A stretch of 64,000 nt of DNA, from positions 8,310,001-8,374,000 of the forward strand of contig OZ249436.1 of the NCBI GenBank assembly GCA_965235115.1, written 5' to 3'. Positions 54,516-64,000 of this stretch are shown here, piece by piece; the first letter of the stretch is position 1, and every line of letters starts with the position of its first letter. The DNA is from Laetmonice hystrix (lineage: Eukaryota). The translations under genes and the position numbers were made by a program. Under the pieces are notes generated by a model. That model was not told where the DNA came from, made no database searches, and was given only the letters and a program-made list of their open reading frames with translations.

Positions 54516-55563
54516 CTTCTGATGTTATCTCCTCGGTCGTTGCCTCAGGTGTCCTGACAGCTGGTATTGAGAGCGATATTTCAGGGGATGGCTTCCCGAC
54601 TGGCTTCTCGGCTGTTTTGGGCGGTGAATATTCCCTTTGAACGACAACAGGCGGTATCTCCCGCTTATGAGGTGTCGTCCTGGGTGGCGTGACGACACCA
54701 ACCGAACTCTTGTTCCAAACCGTGTCGTCTGCCTTTGGTGGTGTGACGTTACGTTGTTGGGACACCGAACCCGACAGAGGAATAACAGTTTCGGAGCTGG
54801 TCACTACTTGTGTACGCGTGGTTTCAACGTCACCGACGACCTTGACCTCAGACCGCGTTGACGTATTTTCCTTGTAACTTAAGTTGCTCAGGTCAGAAGG
54901 TTTGTACATATTACTAAATATGTCATTCACGGCCGAGGACGAATTGTCTGCATTGGTTTCGTTTCCACTGATCCCTGTCGGCCTACCTGGATCCTCTTGG
55001 TCTTTAAGATATTTCAAGGCGCCAAACAAAGCCATGGGTTCTGACGAAGGGTTTGACGCCCCTCCCGACGGCGCGGCATTTTCCTTTGTTGATGGAGCAT
55101 CGGATGCCCCCGGGCCGAAACGATCTCCCGATTCAATGGGCGCCAAGGTGGGGACGACAGGCGTCGGACTGGCACCACTTATTGCTTTTGTTTCGGTATA
55201 GACGGACGACGTCGGAGCGACGGTGGGCGGGGACACATTGTTGTATTGCGTCCGTTCGATGACCTTGCGTTCCCGGCTCACTTGAACGGAGTGCTGATCG
55301 GGAGATGACAGTTCGACCTTGACGTCGGTCTCCTTGACAAAGACCGTCTGAGATTCGTCACCGCTGTGCTCCAGCGACTGCCTCACGGTGGTCGTCTCCG
55401 TGCCAGCCAGGCCAGCAGCGGGCGATGACTCAACGTTAGCCCGTGGAGGTTTCGGTGGGGCACCCGCGTCATCGAAGGCGTCCTGCCTGACCACCGCCCG
55501 ACTTTCCTGATCGTCTGCGACATCCTCAGCCTTCTCGTTATCATGCACGGCACCACCCGTGGC
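54516..55563 (-). CDS. 1048-nt coding exon, S/T/P/E-rich low-complexity N-terminal region of the NACHT gene
   Basis: Open frame of 349 codons + 1 nt. Acceptor TTTTGCTTTTTCAG (phase 0) and donor GTTAGT (phase 1) join in frame to exon 48874-48801. No initiator Met at the exon start. Confidence 0.78.
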
Positions 55564-57165
55564 CTGAAAAAGCAAAACCACAAAAAAATTAATGCTTGTG
55601 GGTCAATTGGCTGATGAAGTGGACATAAAAGGGAGCACAACGTATTCTGCACACAAGGTTGAATTAGTGGTTGACCTGAAAATATTGATCGCATTGATTT
55701 TTACATCAGGATTTGTCACCTCAGTCAAACCCGGACCGGCAGAACCTAACACAATAACGTGAGATTCACTCCCGATTGTTGCTGCTGTCATTGTAATGAT
55801 TACTGTTAGTTACGCATAAATCTTCTTTTTTTAAATCATTAGACGGCAGATCATACATTTTTTGCTTCCAGGGGAAATACACGACAACCAGAATGCAATA
55901 AAACAGCATAGAGTTATTACCAAACGACCCAATTAACTTCATGATACAAATAAACCCATAATATATACATGAAGGTATAACCGGGAGAACCAATTTTCCT
56001 TCACTAGCGCATTGCCAAGGACTTGTGTGCCAACTGGCACTGCGGTAAATATTGTTTCAGGGAGCTCCTGTGTGCCTCGCTGTATACAAACCAGTTACAC
56101 GCGTTCTTTGCTTGTGGCTTTTCTCCAGGGACTACCCTAACCAGGTTTTGTGGTGGAGATTTCTGATCAGCTTCTAATACGAGTACAAAGTCTCAGGTTT
56201 ACACATCCTTAGAGCTAATATAATTTCTTTATAGCCTGATGAATATTTAAAGTATTCTCATTCCCACCATGTACATTTAAGTTATACATGTTGTATTATA
56301 TCTATAACTGTGTAATAAATTCAATGACGAACCAGCGTGTCACATACAAGGAGCGGCCATATATACACCTTTTTATGCTGTAGGCCTACAGACCCGTCAA
56401 ATTAATATTATTGTTTCACATCATTCGTATAGATTTAACTGCGATACTTGAGCGGGCCAGCTCGACCTCTATAGCACGTAATAAACAAGCTGTATGAGTT
56501 CCACAGGAAGTGGTTGTTCGGACAAGCCACATGTGGTGGACTAGCTATACGTTCGACTCTACGCCTCAGGATATTGACGGAAATTTAAGCGACGCTGAAA
56601 CGCTGAATGGACAACTGGACGCGGATATTACGTGGCGAGTCGGTGTGATACAGTACGGGGCCCTCACTCTTGTCAACATGGTGTGCTATATGGACGTCTG
56701 GTGGTTAAGGTATGGAAACCCCTAAAAATCTACTGATGCATACTTCTACTTTGCCGCTTTGTCTCCGGGGCGACGCCCCATCAATCATCACCCAACATTT
56801 TTAATATATTTATTGGGTTGGGTAGTTCCTATAGGAAATAATAATGCCCACACTCAGGCATAACAGCATTAATCTGCTAAGATCATAGCATAAAACTATT
56901 AAAGGGACAGATACTTGATGATGGGAAAAGAAATCAAAGACGATGTAAGCACCCACCAATCGAGTCCACGTTCTCCACCACGATCCAAAACACCCACTCA
57001 ATCATTCTCCATGCAGCTCGTATAATGATACAGCTCTCTGTCCTCGCTTCAAATAACCCATCACAAACCCATCCCCTCGCCGCTTCCATTTGTAGCAATT
57101 ACGGAAGCAAAATCGCCATGAATTTATTAATGTACATTATAAAGCGAACGCCTGGTATCAGTCCC

Positions 57166-57501
57166 ACATGGGGAGTTTCCACGTTATTCACCATGCTCAC
57201 GTTATTCAGGCGTACATGGGGAGTTTCCACGTTATTCACCATGCTCACGTTATTCCGGCGTACATGGGGAGTTTCCACGTTATTCACCATGCTCACGTTA
57301 TTCAGGCGTACATGGGGAGTTTCCACGTTATTCACCATGCTCACGTTATTCCGGCGTACATGGGGAGTTTTCACGTTATTCACCATGCTCACGTTATTCC
57401 GGCGTACATGGGGAGTTTCCACGTTATTCACAATGCTCACGTTATTCCGGCGTACATGGGGAGTTTCCACGTTATTCACCATGCTCACGTTATTCCGGCG
57501 T
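57166..57501. repeat. 48-bp minisatellite, 7 copies, each with a GGGAGTTTCC-type motif
   Basis: Unit CATGGGGAGTTTCCACGTTATTCACCATGCTCACGTTATTC(A/C)GGCGTA. The fifth copy has GGGAGTTTTC. Confidence 0.96.
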
Positions 57502-60500
57502 GTCATTGGCCCACCACGCCATGTCCTGTTCCAACGGCACAGTACCGCCATTGTTGTAATCTTAGCGAGATATCGACCAATCTGATTAGGGCGGAGGAGA
57601 GCTGTACACCGTGTAAATATTGGCAGATTGGGACAGACCGATCAATTCATCAGTCGGATTCTTCCCATAAATACACTGGAGCAAAAATACCGCCGGCCTG
57701 GAGATTTCTCTGCGCCCACAAAGCTTATTTCGAGGAGTCTGCGTGATTATGTTCCACGTCTCTACGTCTTCATTGAAGTACCTGTCATCTTAGTCTGAGT
57801 ATGCCGTTACTAGAAATCAGATTTTCCTTTTCCTACTGATTTTATCAGAGCTTGCTAAATGTATTAGTACTGTTTTAATCAGGCAGACATCTTCTTGCTT
57901 TAGGGGGTGATGCTGGCAACATGTTGGTTGCTGCAATATGTTATTCCAGGCATAGCTGGTGTCAAATAGCGTCTTCAATGGATGCAAGGACATATCCATC
58001 ATCAGGCGGGAAACCCCACCAACACCTCGGCAGTAGCCTCATATTTATCAGTAATTTGACAAGATATATATTTGTAGTGACAGTCGCCGCTGGTTGTGTT
58101 TGGAAATATTCCCTATTCGTACCGACTTAGGGAAGAGCCTACTATAAACCAAATGTGTATGCCCTTAATTGCTAGGTAAATGGCATAAACACCTTAGAAT
58201 ATGACTAATCGTTTAGGACAAATGACTGAATTATATATTCATCGGGAAAGCTTATTAAGGACCTCTTACTGAAGAATCACCATTATGGTGAGGACAATTA
58301 GTGATAAATGTGCACAGTGGCGAGGAACATTTGGTACATACAAGACCGCCAAGGGGCATGAGTGTAATATAAATTAACAGTAAGTGAAAAGGCCCTGTTT
58401 GCAGTATTACAGTCATATTCATAACTAAACGTTTACAACCGGTTTAGTCTATAGTTGGAACCTCGAGTCCCAGGGGAACTTATACTTTAAGAGAATGAGA
58501 ATCAATGTATTGTAAAAGATACAAGAGCGAAGGAGCAAACATAAAACTACAAGCACAATGCAATGTTATGGACACCACCTTGAAAAGGTATACACGCGAC
58601 TCTTGTCACAATAAGGAATAAGTACAAATAAAAAGATACAAGAAAAAGAACAAAACGTACAGTTTCCTGTGTATACGTTCCGTTAATACTGGATGATAAG
58701 ACAATTTTGTATTTCTATATGTATCGACTAAAGTTACTGGACAACGGAGTCCAAAATTAACTCCGGTAAAAACGTCGGTAATTGTGTGCAATTGTGTGCG
58801 ACTATACAAAGTTGAGAGAATTATACCTAGTAATGTGTTGATTTCAGTCCACGCTTGGAGGCAGTTCATGTCACATCGATTTTTTCTAGAGCAGTTAACT
58901 CACAATTAATGTCTTCTAGCAATAATATAACCATTATGTATATTCTAAAATAGAACAACGGCCTGAGGCCTGCAACATATAGGCCCATTTCTGCAAATGC
59001 GTTACAAATATGCTGTGTTACAATGCGGGACGGGTGAGGTTTAGCCCCAAGCGAAAACAGCGAGGGTCTGTGAATAACAGCAGACAATTTTCGCTAGAAT
59101 TCGGGAGTAAAGCAATAATTATTCTGAACCTGATACACAATTTACATTAAATTTCCCAAACTCCGCAGCTACGGTAAAACTTGTACAAATGCGTTGGTCG
59201 CAGGTCTCGCCACTCCCCTCAAATCATATGTTTGGCTCGAGCAGGTGTGGGTATAAAAGAAGACATGGAGATGCATCCTCACACCCACCCCACTCATCCA
59301 TCCACCCCCACAGACACCTGCAGCCACCTGACCTGACATAGATAGTTACTGGTGCACGACACCGAGACAACCTGGGTTACGTATGGTCCAGGCCGGTTTC
59401 AATGACCGGTTTTTGCTCCTTACAATGTAATATATACCAGGGATGCCATGATGGCTATATAATGTACTACATGTGCACAGGATGAAGGCATACCAGCCTT
59501 GGTCACCGCGGATCTGCTTGGCCTGGCTGTGCTTGAAGGAAAAGCTCTAAAAACCTGCATCGTCAGCTTCATATTCCTACAGTTAGAAGGTCAATGTAAG
59601 CATGAACGAACATTTACGGTTCATACTATGATGAACAGTAGTTACTGTAAGGGAACTGATGAGCATCCGGTTTTAAACATTGAAAATATGAATAAACTTT
59701 TAATAAACCACGGTCTAAGGCAGATCCGCACTGGCACGATTAAAAGGGTTAAAATAACAACGCTATCTCTGGGCAACAAGTGTCCTTTCTGTCAATCACT
59801 GGGTGTTCATGTGCAAACCTGGCTGGATGTACACACAGTCATGTACATGTATAATAATGGCGTGTGGTGCGTCCGAGTGAGTCGAGAGGACAGTTCACTG
59901 GTGGCTGGTCTGGTCTCTTGCCAGATACCAAAGGGTCTGCTGCCAGGAATCTGTCTTGTCAATGTGGGTCTCGAACGGGGCCAGCGCTGGCAATCAACGG
60001 GTCTGGGTCTGTCTGTCCCCGTCCTTTCCGTCGCTGTGGTCGTCCGAGAGTCCAGAGAAGAAATGTAAAGTACACTCATGCATGGTAATTAGGATTCTCT
60101 ATAACTGCATGGACTTAAAGTTGCATATGAAATATTATTATATTCATCAACCAACTCTTCGGTCTGGCAATTGCCATAGGCCTACTTCTGAGAAGATGAG
60201 TATAACTAAATCTGGAAAGGTAAACAAAGCACGTTATTGCATGCAGGCGGGTTCGTTTGTACTATAGTCAGGATATGCTGTCAGTGTGAGAATCCACGAT
60301 GCCAGATCCGTGCCATGCTTCATGATGCCAATGTTTGATATTGTAAGGATTCCATTACTCCAGGTACTATCGAAGTAAAAGGGCAAAGACAACTCGGTTG
60401 GAAGACTATAGGCCTACAATTCTCTAATACCGTTAAAAGCTGAAGTCCGTTGATGTTCACCCACGCAGCGACTATTGGCGGCAGTTGACCGCAATAAAAG

Positions 60501-63285
60501 CGCTGCTTGCTCATTTCTCGACCACTCAACCTACCCTCTCGACTGTCCACCACCAGCATAAAAGGGAAAGACATTCGGACAAGGGAGGATCTCCCAAGCA
60601 CCATAGTAATTCCCTTTCCAAGTTTCCAAGCAATATTGTACTGTATAGAAGGCCCCATAAAACCAGCCAAACGTATATGTCTTCCCATATAAATGTGGCC
60701 CACTGACAGAGCGATAACTGCTGCATACTGTGGACTTGGGACGAGGTCTTTGAACCGTGCCAACCTCCCGCCCAGCACCTGTTTTATGATCCACACAAGC
60801 ACAGACACATACACCACTACGTTTTTATGGTCACAGCTAGGCCATTTTAACTCACAATAGGCTATAGGCCCACTTAAGATCTCAGTACTATCTACTAGAG
60901 GTACACCTTGTTGCAATCAAAAGGAGGAATTGGATTGGGTGGATGTATAAATCCTCTACACATAAGTAGTTTATAAAAAGTGACTGACCAGTTGGGTCAG
61001 TGATTTTTTAGTCTGTGTCGGACCAGGTGGAGGAGACCATCTGGAGGTGGAGGAGACCGCGGTACAATCCGGCGTCAGCGCCTCCCAATGTTGGACCTTG
61101 GAGGTCTAGGCATACATGTATGCAGGATATGTAGGCATACATTGTATGCAGGATGTGGGCATACATGCATCCAGGATGTTATGACATGTTACGACATGTA
61201 GACCCACATGTTTGACGTTGAAATGATCAGGTACCCTGGTCTGATCACGTATCGTGTTCAGTTCTATTGTGACATGTTGGAGGACGTTCAATGCCGATCT
61301 ATAAACATCACAAATACGGTACACATTCTACACCCTTTTCTTTTTATTGCCCTTACACTATATTGTCCATCGGTGATTCTTCACACAACAAAAAGAAGGG
61401 ACCGCACAACACTCTCCTGATTTATTCTGTGAGTCCATTTAACACATCGAATCTAAACGACGTTATAGTCAATGGCGGTTCTTTAAATAACAAGAGTGAT
61501 GCGACAGTCGAACCTCTCAATTATTCTCTTTATACCGGCTGTAGTTCCCCCGTGAAAAAGAAAAAAAAGAAGAGAGAATTAACTGCGCGGCGGCCATCTC
61601 ATGACTCGGCAATGAGGAGTGCCCCTTGCCGACCACTGTCTGAGACTGGCTCCCATTTCGGTCGATCATGAGCTTCGAGTTAAAATCAACGTTGACGGGT
61701 AATAATATATCCACGGGCGGCCTTGAACATGTGAAGACTCTATAGGTCTTCTATGTACGGGTACGCCCTATCCTCACAATACATGCAAGTATACGTCTTT
61801 TCCAGTAAGTACCAAGTGAGGAAATATATCTGATTATATGTTTTCTCACCTCCTGAGTCTAGGCCTATAATGTCAGCTATCTGTCGGGAGAGATATCCGA
61901 TAGGGACAAGTATCTTCCCGTGATACGCTATTATCAAATGGTTCCAACTGAATTGCGTCTTCCCATTGAATGTGACATCATGGCGACTGCGATTGTGCCA
62001 TCGTCGTCCTTTTTTACGAGGTACAGCCATACTTCAGCGGCTTGTTCAACAGGTTCAACAGGCGGGCAGGAAGGTCAACAACGTGCTTCCATCATTCATA
62101 CTGACCCAGAATAGATTAGAAAACGAAGTTTGCTTCTTTTACAATGGACTAGAGGTCCTTGCCACTGCCATGCTTTGGTGGGTCGATATAGCTGCTGCCC
62201 ACCTCAAGTTCTACGCGACCTACATTTATAAAACCATCAATGCCAGCAAAATGTCACAGCTTCCATTTGACCTTACCGTGGCCACCTGTTCAAGCCGTTG
62301 GACCGAAGAGCGTATTCAAGATCAAAGAAACCAGGCTGGCTGGTATTTTTGCCAATTTCCATTTTAAACAAAAGAAATCTGACCCATAACCTTGCAGGTG
62401 GTTGTTCGGGTCAGTGCATGAATACTAACCCATATTTCAAACTCGGTCGCATTTTCCGGTCGTAGTTTCGACGGATTGCGTTACGACAATTATGTTAAAC
62501 ATTCGTTCTCAACCAGACACTCAGAACCTCTTTCATTACGGCGAGTCTAGTCTTTTCCTTGCTTTTTCTCACCTCTATTTTTCTGGATTATGGAGTGATT
62601 ATTTCGTATTTGGTTCAGCATTAGTACCACTGATGACGAATGAAGTTCACCATGATACGGCTGACTCGTTCACTATGATACGACTGACTCATTGAATGGT
62701 GGATTAAGCAACCTTTATTAGATGGCCGTTAAGGTTGCCACTGGTGATTGCCCGTGGTTCATTCTCTGGGCAACCTTTGTGAAGACTGACCTAAGAAAAC
62801 AAAATCAGAGATACCACAACATAAAGGTCTTTGTGATCCATCCGGTATTAACCTGTAATCTGCCTGGAGATCGGCCAGCTGCATGTTGAACGTTATTGTT
62901 GACATTTGATTGAGGTCCAAAGGTTCAGTCACCTCTTATAAATCACCGCATGGACATAGTCTGTGTAAAATACCGGGGAACACGGAATGTGTGTTATCTA
63001 TGTTCGCACTTTGTCTGAGGAGATTCAAAGATTATGCAGGTCTGAATTCGTCCCGGGTTCGCATCCGACAGACAAAATAGGTCTGGGTCTAGATTACCTC
63101 TTTATCTCTTTATCGAGCCACTCAACAACGATTGTGATCATGCCACAAAGTGGTCACCAAAGTGTAGACCTGCTTGCTCAGAGAGGCTATACAGGTTCGC
63201 CTCATGGCTCATACAAAATCTAAAGAAATCGTCAAAAGGTCCCTTTTCGTTTTGGAGTCATGTGCAACCGTCTTGGGAAGCTACC

Positions 63286-64000
63286 AGTTACAGGCCCTCC
63301 GGTGTATAATTATGCCCCTCCCTCCCTCAGTAACCTGTTACAGGCCCTCCGGTGTATAATTATGCCCCTCCCTCCCTCGTATCATAGTGAACTATGGAAT
63401 ACTCTGGATGCAGAACTCACACTTATTGATACCAAAGGAAAATTTAAGTCAAGTATAAAACAGACATTTAAGAACCCGTATTTATAGATTCACACTACAT
63501 TCCATCTCATTATCACAACATTATTACATGTACGCATATAGTGTAAGTGCCATGCCTTTCCGATGAGATAGAATTGTAATCGAGAGTGGGGGAGGGTGGA
63601 AGATCATCATTACGATGAACCCTCATACCCAAAATAAAAATTACCTAAAAAAAAAAAAAAAAAAAAGTAACCTGTTACAGGCCCTCCGGTGTATAATTAT
63701 GCTCCCTCCCTCCCTCAGTAACCTGTTACAGGCCCTCCGGTGTATAATTATGCCACTCCCTCCCTCCCTCCCCCAGTAACCTGTTACAGGCCCTCCGGTG
63801 TATAATTATTCCCCTCCCTCCCTCAGTAACCTGTTACAGGCCCTCCGGTGTATAATTATGCCCCTCCCTCCCTCCCTCCCTCAGTAACCTGTTACAGGCC
63901 CTCCGGTGTATAATTATTCCCCTCCCTCCCTCAGTAACCTGTTACAGGCCCTCCGGTGTATAATTATGCCCCTCCCTCCCTCAGTAACCTGTTACAGGCC
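63286..64000. repeat. ~50-58-bp minisatellite AGTAACCTGTTACAGGCCCTCCGGTGTATAATTATGCCCC(TCCC)n, running off the window
   Basis: Two copies at 63286-63378 and about 6.5 copies from 63666 to the end. Length varies in the TCCC tract. Confidence 0.95.
63379..63666 (+). mobile_element. 5'-truncated non-LTR retrotransposon (LINE) 3' end with poly(A) tail
   Basis: Encodes LWNTLDAELTLIDTKGKFKSSIK, resembling the LWN.L...FK..LK C-terminal motif of CR1/L2-group ORF2. Followed by a 3' UTR, AATAAA and a ~20-nt A run. Interrupts the minisatellite. Confidence 0.65.

Noticed and set aside
57025..57746. 150-192-aa ORFs over the 48-bp repeat, and similar ORFs over the 36-bp repeat
   Set aside because: Unit lengths are multiples of 3 and lack stops in several frames, so the open frames are artefacts.
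59480..62370. Possible upstream exons of the NACHT gene (donor-like sites near 59492, 59927 and 62277) and the 60320-60916 ORF
   Set aside because: No phase-0-compatible exon with convincing splice sites and coding signal could be established by eye.

Overview
Eukaryotic (animal, probably marine invertebrate; inferred from TE types and intron-exon structure) DNA. Bases 1-~37,900 are the right end of a large tandem satellite: ~44 monomers of ~840-860 bp with shifting higher-order periods, one DNA-transposon insertion that was duplicated with its monomer, and increasing divergence toward the edge. The array ends in a tRNA-like (A/B-box) insert and an inverted monomer fragment. ~38.0-43.3 kb is a nest of non-autonomous elements (Helentron/HINE-like > Kolobok-like > Harbinger-like; a 36-bp minisatellite with a hAT-like MITE). 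A minus-strand spliced gene (3 phase-compatible exons: 55563-54516, 48874-48801, 48633-44395; at least 1786 aa, 5' exons not found) encodes a low-complexity N-terminus, a NACHT-type STAND NTPase and a probable WD40-like C-terminus. One intron holds a decayed 4.66-kb Academ transposon, and the upstream intron holds a 48-bp minisatellite with six NF-kB-consensus sites. The most unusual signal is repeated TA+2-6 nt+TA micro-insertions (TAGGCCTA, TAGGCTA, TATGTA, TAGAGATCTA) that can be seen directly against paralogous empty sites. No clearly novel protein-coding system could be proven from sequence alone. Family assignments come from motif recognition, not database searches.
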